From IMG/VR virus record IMGVR_UViG_3300033145_000692, positions 36,908 through 100,907 of that record: DNA of 64,000 nucleotides. One strand, 5' to 3'. The position numbers and the translations under genes are program-made. Origin of the DNA: a virus. Below the pieces are notes generated by a model. It saw only the letters and a program-made list of their open reading frames with translations, was not told the origin of the DNA and did no database searches. This document shows positions 36,959 through 46,248 of the stretch, piece after piece. Each line of letters starts with the position of its first letter. The stretch's first letter is position 1.

Positions 36959-37451
36959 GTGTCCCTCCCTGTGTGATATCGAGAAGGTTGTCCGCACTGG
37001 CTAGATAGATTTGCTCCGGACGTTCACCAGTTAATTCACGACCTGTTATCACCCAACCAGCCTCGAACTCAAACTCACTGTGAGTTTCAATTTCGTACTT
37101 TTTGTTGTGGTAGACAACATATGAGTTGTTGGTCAAATCGAGAGCTTCAGAGACATCCTGTCTGTCGACAATGAAAACACGTCGGCTGGCATCATAGGTC
37201 CCGCCGACTACGAACATCTTGTTTGCTGAGATTTCCGAGATACTCTTCCTGACCTCACGAGATATGCGAGCCGGAAGTACGGGAGCACGATTGACACGGA
37301 CTACACTTTTGTCAGTCGTGACGATACCAGTTTTGTGGTCAGACGTTGAACTGTTCAACGTGTAAATGTCAATCGTGCCACCGTACTGGCGCTTCAGCAT
37401 ATATAGCGTCTGACGTATGGTCCGCGTTAGCGTTCGTTCGGCAGGATACAT
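36948..37451 (-). CDS. Head closure / head-tail joining protein
   Basis: 167-aa beta-rich protein (..YHNKKYEI..) in the connector position. Confidence 0.6.
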   Translation of the reverse strand: MYPAERTLTRTIRQTLYMLKRQYGGTIDIYTLNSSTSDHKTGIVTTDKSVVRVNRAPVLPARISREVRKSISEISANKMFVVGGTYDASRRVFIVDRQDVSEALDLTNNSYVVYHNKKYEIETHSEFEFEAGWVITGRELTGERPEQIYLASADNLLDITQGGTHGS

Positions 37452-37462
37452 AGCGACCTCGC

Positions 37463-37744
37463 TTAGGTGAGACTTCGCTCGAAAATGTGTTCCAGGCGTT
37501 CCATTACCTTGATGTTTTGTTCCATCACTAACGTGTTCTTTGCTACAACTGCTGTACAGTCCTTGACCAGCGGGAGGATGACTTTACGTTGCTCATCCTC
37601 AAGTTCTTGAACACGGGTTAGGAGTTTGTCTTCGCGACGATAATCGCGCCAGATGAAAAAGACGATCACGCCAACGAGTGGACCGAGGTTCCGTATGATC
37701 CACCCCAGTTCGGTGACCCCGCCGAAATACGCGAACAGTTCCAT
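37463..37744 (-). CDS. Holin-like single-TM coiled-coil protein
   Basis: LGPLVGVIVFFIW followed by RREDKL and a coiled coil, in a BhlA/UviB-like layout. Confidence 0.55.
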   Translation of the reverse strand: MELFAYFGGVTELGWIIRNLGPLVGVIVFFIWRDYRREDKLLTRVQELEDEQRKVILPLVKDCTAVVAKNTLVMEQNIKVMERLEHIFERSLT

Positions 37745-37758
37745 GGCTTTATCCCTGC

Positions 37759-37807
37759 GAAAAGAAGAAAGAAAGGCTGCCTACCGGGAAGCCCCGGTAG
37801 GCGAGCC
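37759..37807 (-). terminator. Rho-independent terminator after the capsid gene
   Basis: GCCTACCGGG/CCCGGTAGGC stem followed by TTTCTTTCTTCTTTT. Confidence 0.85.
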
Positions 37808-37820
37808 TTAAGAGACAGGT

Positions 37821-39263
37821 TTAGCCAAGCATGACTACACCAAGGTTAGCGTCAAGCTGTTTGATACCAGCGAGGATATCGCAATTCACGACTGTACCAC
37901 CAGCGTCGATATCGTACTGCATCGTGACTCGCATCGCGACGTTCTCGAAGTCCGCAACACCACTCAGCACACCAAGAGCACCAGCCGGGACAGCCAAGGG
38001 GCGTGTCACCAGAGCCATCGCTTCGCGGTGGAAAGCCAAGTTGAATGAGCCAGCGGGACCAGGGAAAGCGTTGTCACCCGAGGAAACCTCTACTTCCAGG
38101 GGGCGATCCAGCATGATGTCCACACCAGAAGAGGAGTTGTCTTCCACCTCGATGATAGTGTAGGTATGCCGTGCTGCGCCAGCGGTAACACCAAACGAGA
38201 CCAACTGACCGATTTGCGGATCATTGGAGTACCCGGAAGCAACATTCATAACGCCGACATGACCAACAGCATAGGTCGTGGCGTGCATCGTCCACTCCGT
38301 GAAGAGAGTGAGGACGGCGGATGCCTCGTTGGCGTACTTCAGTGGTTCGTTGACCGTGATGCCCGTGGTATCGGTCGACGCGGTGACATCGGTAACCCAC
38401 TTGGGCTGATCATCGCCAGCGATAGTGACATAGCTACCAACCACAGCTTCCTTGGCGGTGATAGTGCAGAGACCCGTGGAAGCTTTGGCCAGGGTAACCC
38501 CAATGGCATTGGCACCAGTGATAGTTCCGGTCACGGTGTCCGCCGACACGAGGTCACAGTACGGAACGTTCTGGGCGAGCCAGGTATTGAAGCCAAGGAT
38601 ACGACCAAGTCGGGCGTTCTCCAAAGCCACACCACCATCGCCTCGCTCATTCGCTCTGATGAACAACTCATTCTGGAGCAAGGCAGTCTCGCTCATGGCG
38701 GACAGCACCAGGTGTCGCTGGGCGTCCAGGGGAGCGTTCCGACGGTTGAGCTTCTCACGAGCGTCCAACACGGTATCGTGACTGGAATCGGACGACAGAT
38801 TGAGCAGACGACCGGATCGGTTCGTCGGGGTCGAGAGGAACTGATGGAAGTGACCAAGCACGGAACGGTCAACCGAGCGGGCGATCGTTCGCATCGAAGG
38901 CACCAGGTAGATACCTACCAAATCCTTGAAGGACTCGCTCTGCTCGCCGTCCTTGATGACGAACGAGTTGTAGAACCACTGGTTCAGCAAAACCGCGACG
39001 TTGGTGGACGAGGCGTCCTGCTTCTCCAAGGTCGTGGTGGCATCAGTCTTCCGGCGAATCTTGAACTCGCCCGGCTTGCGGGTGTTGACCGTGTCGCCGA
39101 AGTTGGCGATCTTGTTCTCGAAGTCACGGTGGACCAAGTTGGCGACTACCATCTCCTCTTGAAGCTGCATCAGACCTTCCATCGCCCAATGTTCGGGGAC
39201 GAAAGCGTCATTGTCGTTGGCGAAACAGGCCACTTCGGGGGCACTAATGTAGAGAGAATTCAT
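37821..39263 (-). CDS. Major capsid protein (P22 coat gp5-like) with insertion domains
   Basis: VANLVHRDFE..FGDTVN, GRILGF, NLAFHREAMALVTRPL, DILAG. GGAG RBS before MNSLY (alternative start 39278). Confidence 0.9.
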   Translation of the reverse strand: MNSLYISAPEVACFANDNDAFVPEHWAMEGLMQLQEEMVVANLVHRDFENKIANFGDTVNTRKPGEFKIRRKTDATTTLEKQDASSTNVAVLLNQWFYNSFVIKDGEQSESFKDLVGIYLVPSMRTIARSVDRSVLGHFHQFLSTPTNRSGRLLNLSSDSSHDTVLDAREKLNRRNAPLDAQRHLVLSAMSETALLQNELFIRANERGDGGVALENARLGRILGFNTWLAQNVPYCDLVSADTVTGTITGANAIGVTLAKASTGLCTITAKEAVVGSYVTIAGDDQPKWVTDVTASTDTTGITVNEPLKYANEASAVLTLFTEWTMHATTYAVGHVGVMNVASGYSNDPQIGQLVSFGVTAGAARHTYTIIEVEDNSSSGVDIMLDRPLEVEVSSGDNAFPGPAGSFNLAFHREAMALVTRPLAVPAGALGVLSGVADFENVAMRVTMQYDIDAGGTVVNCDILAGIKQLDANLGVVMLG

Positions 39264-39337
39264 CGTGTTGTTCTCCATGGAACGGGTACACTTGTTTGTT
39301 TACGAAATAGATACCCCCGAAGGGATCAAACGGTCGA

Positions 39338-40264
39338 TTAAAGTCCGACTGCTGCGGGGTCTTCTTTTCGGAGTTTCGCGTACTGGGCTGTTGACAGCTT
39401 CGTAACATCGACACGACCGCCAGCGCCCGGTGCTAAGCCACCGGTAGCAGAGTTGGCACCAATACCAGAAACAACGTTGCTCTTGAAGAGATTGGCATAG
39501 TCGCCAAGAACCTTCAATCGCTTCACGATTGTGTCAGGTGTACCTTGCGTAATGACATTGTCGCCCTTCTCATCCTGGTCGGGGAAATCGACCATTGTCT
39601 TGTATTCCCCGGTAGGCTTGTTGGTGATTTCATCCATCACCTCGACCAACTTTGTCATAGGTCGAAGAAGTGCAACCACTTGACTGGCATTGTAGGCATC
39701 ATTGGAAGCGGCAGCGTCCTGCAATGACCTGTTAATACTAGACTCGCGGAAGCGTTCCTCCCACATCACGGCAGCTTCTGTCTTCGTCTTCAACTGAATG
39801 TCGAAGTCTTTCTGAAGCAGACCCTTCTCGTGTGCAGCTTGTTGATCTTTCGTCCGATTCTGTTTACGAACGTCTTCAAGTTGAACGTTGAGCTTGTCAC
39901 GTTCTTCACCAACGATGCTCTCATTTTCGAGGAGGGTAGTGACTCTCGTTTCCAGTTCAGCATACTGTTGCTTGTGTTCGATCTCACGGCTCTTTCTGTC
40001 ACGGGCGAGTCGCTCTTCAACAATCTTGTTCACAGCAACTTGGGTGAAAGTTTTACCAGCACCATCGCCAGCAGCAGCGGCACCAGCATCATTACCATCA
40101 CCAGCACCAGCATCAGCACCAGCACTAACACTAGCACTAGCACTAGCACCATCGCCAGCACCATCGCTAGCACCATCGCTAGCCCCAGCACCAGCCCCAG
40201 CCCCAGCCCCAGCACCATCAAAACAAGAAACCAAAGGATCAGACAAGTACAATTCATCAAACAT
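39338..40264 (-). CDS. Capsid scaffolding protein with Ala/Gly-rich N-terminal repeat
   Basis: KTFTQVAVNKIVEERLAR coiled-coil motif; immediately upstream of the capsid gene. Confidence 0.85.
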   Translation of the reverse strand: MFDELYLSDPLVSCFDGAGAGAGAGAGASDGASDGAGDGASASASVSAGADAGAGDGNDAGAAAAGDGAGKTFTQVAVNKIVEERLARDRKSREIEHKQQYAELETRVTTLLENESIVGEERDKLNVQLEDVRKQNRTKDQQAAHEKGLLQKDFDIQLKTKTEAAVMWEERFRESSINRSLQDAAASNDAYNASQVVALLRPMTKLVEVMDEITNKPTGEYKTMVDFPDQDEKGDNVITQGTPDTIVKRLKVLGDYANLFKSNVVSGIGANSATGGLAPGAGGRVDVTKLSTAQYAKLRKEDPAAVGL

Positions 40265-40371
40265 GGATTTTCTCCAAACAATACCCGCTGTAATTGAAGC
40301 TTGTGTTAGTTAGCGGTGTGACCAACACAGCTTTGAAACCTGGCGTTATGCTGCCAGTAACGGTCGAAAGT

Positions 40372-40887
40372 CTATGAGACTCTCGATAATCTGATTGCGT
40401 CATCATCACGTAAGAACGGTTTCAACCAACGCCATGCTTGTGGGGTCGGTACACCGTTTATGATGTGTTCAAGTGGAACCTGACTGCGTGAGTATGAGGT
40501 CCTCACCGAACCATAGCCTTGGCTTACGATGCCAAGATTTTCGAGTTCGAGTTCGGGGTCCTTCCCATCAAGTAGATCGTGTGCAATCTCGTATGTCGCC
40601 CTCCGAATAACTTCAGGGACTTCCGTGTCAGCACCCCTGGGGAACTCCAGGGGCTGTGCCGCCTCGGCGACACGAATCTCTGCATCCGTTGCATCTGAGT
40701 CAGCTTCCAATAATGTGTAAACAGCGCTCTTGTAACCCTTGTAGTTGAGGGCGTCAACTATCAACGTTGCAGCCCATAGGGATTTCGGTCGGTCAACAAC
40801 ACTAGCCAAAGACCAAGCTCGTTCGTGGAGGCGTGCCGCAAAGTATTCGGTCGCTTCCACGACGGTTCCATAATAGTCTTGATTCAT
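40372..40887 (-). CDS. Head-tail adaptor (DnaT_2-like)
   Basis: YGTVVEATEYF...QPLEFPR...VPEVIRRA...WLKPFL. Confidence 0.75.
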   Translation of the reverse strand: MNQDYYGTVVEATEYFAARLHERAWSLASVVDRPKSLWAATLIVDALNYKGYKSAVYTLLEADSDATDAEIRVAEAAQPLEFPRGADTEVPEVIRRATYEIAHDLLDGKDPELELENLGIVSQGYGSVRTSYSRSQVPLEHIINGVPTPQAWRWLKPFLRDDDAIRLSRVS

Positions 40888-40895
40888 GGTTTCTC

Positions 40896-43800
40896 CTATT
40901 GACCTACCCAGGAAAACTTACTCTCCTTGGATGCTTCTACAGTTTCAACAATGGTAACAGTTTTCGTTGCACCTTTTTTAGTCTCGGCAACACTGACTGT
41001 CAACGCATTACCGGCGACCGATGTCGCAGGTGTGAAGGTGGCAGCATGTCCAGCAATTGACGTTGCTGGGGTGATAGTTGCCGTGTGTCCTTCTGTTGAT
41101 GTCGCTGGTGTAACAGTAGCCTCGTTACCAGGAGTCGGTGTAGCTGGTGTAAAAGTGGCATCGTTACCAGGAGTCGGTGTCGCTGGTGTGAAAGTGGCAG
41201 TATTCCCAGGAGTCTCTTCAGCAATAACAGGTGTACCGCCAAGTAGGAGTGTGGAATCGGCAGTCATAAGAGCAACATCAGTTGCAGCATTAGTACCTTG
41301 GAATTCCACAACCCAGTCGGTCCCTGGACCAGCGCCACCTGTAACAGCAACAGTGTCGATGTTGCTAAGCAACTCCAATGCTGTCTTAATATCGGCGGCT
41401 ACATCATCATACGTTATCGCTCCGGTTGGACCTTGACCATCGAAGGTCAATGTGAACGAACCACTGTCGGAGTCATTAGGAATGTTGATTGTCTGTGTCT
41501 CGTTGACAGCAGCCACACCCTTAACAGTTTCAGTGATAGTCACAGTCTTACCGGAAAGAAGTGTACCATCCCCACCCATCTGAACCACTCCGGTATCAGC
41601 GAGGGCACCTTGGAATTCACAAGCCCATTCAGGAGCCGTACCAGTAACTGACATGTCACTGTCACCGATGTTAGTCAAAGCGATTAGGGAAGCCTGTACT
41701 ACACCAGCGGAGGCGTTATATGCAATCGTGCTGGTTGTCTGACCATTATAGGTCAGTGTGAAAGTTCCTCCGGTTACTGTTGCTGGAATCGAGACGGTTT
41801 GAATCTCGTTGTTGCCACCACCACCTGACTGAGTCTCAATGACAGTCACATCGGAGCCAGTTAAAAGGGCTCCATCGGCGGTCATCGCATCAATATCAGC
41901 ACCAGCCAGAAGAGTGGCAAATGTAACAACCCAATCGGTATCCGGACCTGGTCCACCAGAGACAACAACATCCCCGGCACCAATGTTTGATAGAGCTTCC
42001 AGAAGACTATCAAGCGTGCCGAAAGTGTCATCAAACTGAATAGCTCCGGTTGTCTGACCAGCATAGGTCAACGTGAATGAGCCACCTGTCGTATCACTAG
42101 GGATACTGACTGTTTGAACTTCATCAACCGCAACAACACCCGGGACAGTTTCAGTGATAGTCACAGTACGACCAGACAACAGAACACCACTTCCTGTGAT
42201 CGCAGAGATAGGCTGTTGCTTCAAATTGACGCCAAACTCAACTTCCCAAGCAGGGGCAGTACCAGTGACAGTCAAATCGCCAACAGTAATGCCCGCCAGA
42301 GCTTCCAAAGCGTCCTTGACATCCGTAGTCGAAGCGTCAAAAGCGATGGTGCCAGTGGTATTACCATCCCATGTCAACGTGTATGTTCCACCGGTCGCAT
42401 CGGAATCAATTGTGACACTTTGAACTTCATTTGTTCCAGCAGTTCCCGTGACTTCAGAGAGGTCGGTGAAACCAAGAAGTGCATCAAAAGTAAGTGTGTA
42501 AGGACCACCAGCAGCACCAGTGACAACAACATCAGCAGGAGCAATGTTGGACAAAGCCTCCAAAGCTGCCTGAACTGTTGCAGCATCAGCATCATAGGCA
42601 ATCATCGCGGTAGTCTGAGCATCATAGGTGATGTCAAAAGTATCACCAGCAACTGTACTACCCAATGTGATTGTCTGAATTTCGTCTGTCCCAGCATCGC
42701 CAGTGACTTCCGACACATCCGTATTTTCCAGGAGTTGATCAAAGGTTAGCGTCCAAGGACCTCCAGCAGAACCTGTGACAAGGATATCACCAGCGGTGAC
42801 ATTTGACAAACCTTCCAAAGCGGTTTGAACTGTAGCAGCGGCAGCATCATAAGCAATGTCGTCTGTCGTTTGACCATCATAGGTGACATAAAATGAATCA
42901 CCCGCTATAGTCGAAGCCAATGTGATTGTCTGGATTTCATCAGTTCCACCAACCGCCGTAACCTCAGTCTGAGCAGCATATCCAAGAAGCTCACCAAACG
43001 TCAAAGTGTACGGACCACCAGCAGAACCCGTGACAACACAATCATCGGTGTCAATGCCAGAGAAGACTTCCAAAGCCGTCTGGACTGTCCCTGCGGCAGC
43101 ATCATAAGGAATGTCAGTCGTTGTCTCACCACCCCAAGTGATAGCGAACGTATCACCAATGATAGTTCCACTGAGTGTCAGTGTTTGTACTTCATGGGTA
43201 CCCGCAATGGCGGTTACTTGGGCAAGGTCAGTAAAACCAAGAGTTGCATCAAAAGAAAGTGTGTAAGGACCCCCAGCAGACCCTGATACAACAACATCAC
43301 CAGCGGTTATACCACCCAAAACTTCCAAAGCCGCTTCAACTGTTGCAGCAGAAGCATCATAAGGAATAGGAGTGGTCGTAGCAGCAGAATAGGTGATGTC
43401 AAAGGTATCACCAACTTGTGTGTTGGAAAGTGTCAGTGTTTGAACTTCGTCTCTCCCAGCGTCACCAGTGACTTCCGACACATTCGTATTGGCCAAGAGT
43501 TGATCGAAGGTTAGTGTCCAAGGACCACCGGCACCACCAGTAACAATGATGTCACCAGCGGTTACATTCGACAGAGCTACCAAAGCTGCCTGAACTGTAG
43601 CAGCGACGGCATCAAGGGGAATGTCGGTCGTTGTCTGACCATCATAGGTGATATAGAACACATCACCAGCTTGTGTGCTTGTGAGTGCCACAGTCTGGAT
43701 TTCATCAGTACCACCAACACCTGTGATGGCTCCCATGTCTGTGAGATCGAGATTGCCAGCGAAGGTTACAACTACTGGCGTACCAGGGGCGGGACCACCA

Positions 43801-44471
43801 GACAGTACAACATCGCCAGATTCGATACCATCAAGGGCTACCAGAGCCGCAAGGATCGTGGTGTTATTGTCGTCGATATCCAATACAGTGGTCTCCTTGG
43901 CGTCCCAAGTCAACGTATACGTATCCGTAGAAGCATTACCCGAATAGGAAATTGTTTGAATTTCGTCAACACCTACATCAGAGGCAACAATGAGGGACTG
44001 GTCAAGACCTGCAAGATCACCTGTGAACTCGACAGTCCAGGGACCTCCACCAGAACCAGTGATGGTCCCATTACCAGCACCTACTGTCGAAAGACCCTCG
44101 AAGGCGGTTTCGACCGTGGCAGCAGAAGCGTCGTACGCAATAGCCGCTGTCATCTGACCATCGAAGGTCAGCTTGAAAGTCTCATCAGCCACACCACTAT
44201 TGTACGTAACAGTCTGCTGTTCGTTCTGAGAAGGATCAGCTACAACAAAAATCTTGGCTGGGTCGTCAATCGCGATCCACAACTCGTCACCAGCAGACAA
44301 CTCGAAACCTGTGATGGTCGTGACACCAGTCGTCCCAACATAAACGATGTCAGAATTACCTGCCGCCGCCTTGATCATAAGACCATTGGAGAGTGTTCGG
44401 GTAGTACTAATAGCGGCTGCCGCAATTTCGGCACCACCATAACCAGTCTTTATTTCACTAAACGCTGTCAT
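40896..44471 (-). CDS. Large repeat-domain virion decoration/fibre protein (11 'EVQT' domains)
   Basis: 11 copies of an 85-105-aa domain (dEvQt...ftltydGqtT..iaydA..vqaALeaL..i..gdv.VtG..ggpwt.tF) plus seven 13-aa C-terminal repeats. Confidence 0.85.
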   Translation of the reverse strand: MTAFSEIKTGYGGAEIAAAAISTTRTLSNGLMIKAAAGNSDIVYVGTTGVTTITGFELSAGDELWIAIDDPAKIFVVADPSQNEQQTVTYNSGVADETFKLTFDGQMTAAIAYDASAATVETAFEGLSTVGAGNGTITGSGGGPWTVEFTGDLAGLDQSLIVASDVGVDEIQTISYSGNASTDTYTLTWDAKETTVLDIDDNNTTILAALVALDGIESGDVVLSGGPAPGTPVVVTFAGNLDLTDMGAITGVGGTDEIQTVALTSTQAGDVFYITYDGQTTTDIPLDAVAATVQAALVALSNVTAGDIIVTGGAGGPWTLTFDQLLANTNVSEVTGDAGRDEVQTLTLSNTQVGDTFDITYSAATTTPIPYDASAATVEAALEVLGGITAGDVVVSGSAGGPYTLSFDATLGFTDLAQVTAIAGTHEVQTLTLSGTIIGDTFAITWGGETTTDIPYDAAAGTVQTALEVFSGIDTDDCVVTGSAGGPYTLTFGELLGYAAQTEVTAVGGTDEIQTITLASTIAGDSFYVTYDGQTTDDIAYDAAAATVQTALEGLSNVTAGDILVTGSAGGPWTLTFDQLLENTDVSEVTGDAGTDEIQTITLGSTVAGDTFDITYDAQTTAMIAYDADAATVQAALEALSNIAPADVVVTGAAGGPYTLTFDALLGFTDLSEVTGTAGTNEVQSVTIDSDATGGTYTLTWDGNTTGTIAFDASTTDVKDALEALAGITVGDLTVTGTAPAWEVEFGVNLKQQPISAITGSGVLLSGRTVTITETVPGVVAVDEVQTVSIPSDTTGGSFTLTYAGQTTGAIQFDDTFGTLDSLLEALSNIGAGDVVVSGGPGPDTDWVVTFATLLAGADIDAMTADGALLTGSDVTVIETQSGGGGNNEIQTVSIPATVTGGTFTLTYNGQTTSTIAYNASAGVVQASLIALTNIGDSDMSVTGTAPEWACEFQGALADTGVVQMGGDGTLLSGKTVTITETVKGVAAVNETQTINIPNDSDSGSFTLTFDGQGPTGAITYDDVAADIKTALELLSNIDTVAVTGGAGPGTDWVVEFQGTNAATDVALMTADSTLLLGGTPVIAEETPGNTATFTPATPTPGNDATFTPATPTPGNEATVTPATSTEGHTATITPATSIAGHAATFTPATSVAGNALTVSVAETKKGATKTVTIVETVEASKESKFSWVGQ

Positions 44472-46237
44472 GTCTGTTTCCCTTTGCCGCGAGTGCGGTC
44501 ATTAGTGGTGTCTTGAAGTGTGGTATCCCGACTAAGCTCCTTCTCTTCCGTACCTGAATTGGTATTGTCATCCAAATCGACAATCCCCCGTGAACCCGGG
44601 GTAGGTGGTGCCGAATCAAGGACACCTTGGTGTTCTGCGATTGCCATCAGCCTGGCAATGTGATCTTTTCTCGCCTGAAGGTATTCATTATCAGGGAAAC
44701 CAAGGGCGATTGATGCTAGTTGCTCACCAACAAGACCAGCCTCCTTAGCAGCGATGATAATTTCTGGGTTAGCAGTCGTGAACTTGGCTGCATCAACCTC
44801 GGTACTGATTTTCTTGAGTATGTCTGGGCTCACCTTACCACCGAGCAGAGTTGAAACCACCGTCTTCCAAAGCTCCTTCTGAGCCACCTTACTTGGGGTG
44901 TTGGTAATAATCTCACTCAGCTTGGTTGCCTCGGTTACACGGTCTAGGTCGCTCTTCAAACTGTATCGGTTAGGGTATTTGACAGTAGCTATCTGACGTT
45001 TCTGTGGAATTGTCTGCTCATACGCAGCCCAGAACTCCACTATCTGACGTTCGGCAGCTTCGAGCTTCATACCGATGTAACTCAGACCAGCTTCCAAGCC
45101 ACGGTTGTCCATTCCCTTTGATTCAGCAGAGGCACGACCAGCAAGTGTTTGCACCGCGAGATTGACCAAATTCTTGATGTCAGCTTTCATCTTTTCCTGG
45201 AGAGCCATTGACGCCATCAGTGGTTCACTCGACGGATGGATGAAACCAGGTCGATCTGTATTGAGATTGTATCGTCTTCCTTGAGTTGTCCCGACTTTCA
45301 CCTCGTTGTCATGGGCACTTTGCCCACCGGCTGTTGCCGTCCCATCAGGATTGGCTGCCATCTTTAAGTGACCACCGACCGCTCGAATATCAGATTGTTC
45401 GGTATAGAATGGGAAGTTTGAGGACAGGGCGTACCCAACATCACTGGATGTCAGGTTAAGTAGAGCGATCTGGTACTCGCAAACATCAACGAGTAAACTC
45501 TGTCCGATGTCAAGAAGAACAAACGGTATTCGTTCCAGGTCGAGTTGGATTGGACCTGAAGCATTACCGTTTCTGTCGACCAGTTCATCTTCATAATTGT
45601 AGAACTGGATCATCACCTTACCACCCTCTTTCCAGAGGTGGCGATAGCGACTGACTTCTTCTTTTGGGAGTCCCGTAGCATTGTCGTATTTGACAACTCT
45701 GTCACGAAGCAACAGGGCAGTAAACTCGGCTGGATGCTCAGGATCAGTACAAGAGTAAGACAGGATATCCTCTATCTTGTACGAATACAGGTATGGGCGA
45801 AAGTTTCCAGCTTGTGCTAGTGTAGCATCATTGGATGTAGTCGGAGCATCCACGAAAATACCGCACCGACCCATAATGAGCATCTCTTCAAGGACTTGTT
45901 GACCCATGAACCCAGACATACTCGAACCACGCATATCAACGCCCATGTTGCGACCGGCAACTGCCTTATGATACGCATCACTACCACCATGGCGGACAAC
46001 GTCGGACATGGGTTGGAAGAGCGAATTTCTGATATCACAAAGGGTTGATTTGGCAAATGCTGGACTTGGCGTGATAGACTTACGGAGGGCAAATTCTGCA
46101 TTGTCTTCCCGGGAGGTGTACTTCATCAGGTACTGTTCCCTGAAAGCCTCACCGCCAGCATAGGTCAACCGGAACTTTGTCCAGGACGTACTGTTCGTAT
46201 AGTAGCTCGGGAGCCGGAAATTCGTGATACTATCCAT
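44468..46237 (-). CDS. Portal protein (DUF4055-like)
   Basis: YAGG..FREQYL, GRCGIFVD, IPFV; directly after TerL. Confidence 0.85.
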   Translation of the reverse strand: MDSITNFRLPSYYTNSTSWTKFRLTYAGGEAFREQYLMKYTSREDNAEFALRKSITPSPAFAKSTLCDIRNSLFQPMSDVVRHGGSDAYHKAVAGRNMGVDMRGSSMSGFMGQQVLEEMLIMGRCGIFVDAPTTSNDATLAQAGNFRPYLYSYKIEDILSYSCTDPEHPAEFTALLLRDRVVKYDNATGLPKEEVSRYRHLWKEGGKVMIQFYNYEDELVDRNGNASGPIQLDLERIPFVLLDIGQSLLVDVCEYQIALLNLTSSDVGYALSSNFPFYTEQSDIRAVGGHLKMAANPDGTATAGGQSAHDNEVKVGTTQGRRYNLNTDRPGFIHPSSEPLMASMALQEKMKADIKNLVNLAVQTLAGRASAESKGMDNRGLEAGLSYIGMKLEAAERQIVEFWAAYEQTIPQKRQIATVKYPNRYSLKSDLDRVTEATKLSEIITNTPSKVAQKELWKTVVSTLLGGKVSPDILKKISTEVDAAKFTTANPEIIIAAKEAGLVGEQLASIALGFPDNEYLQARKDHIARLMAIAEHQGVLDSAPPTPGSRGIVDLDDNTNSGTEEKELSRDTTLQDTTNDRTRGKGKQT

Positions 46238-46248
46238 GGTAACCCCTG

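Noticed and set aside
38166-39341. 391-aa plus-strand ORF
   Set aside because: Antisense shadow of the major capsid gene with no motifs. The same applies to 11027..11800, 42114..42749, 43671..44516 and similar ORFs.
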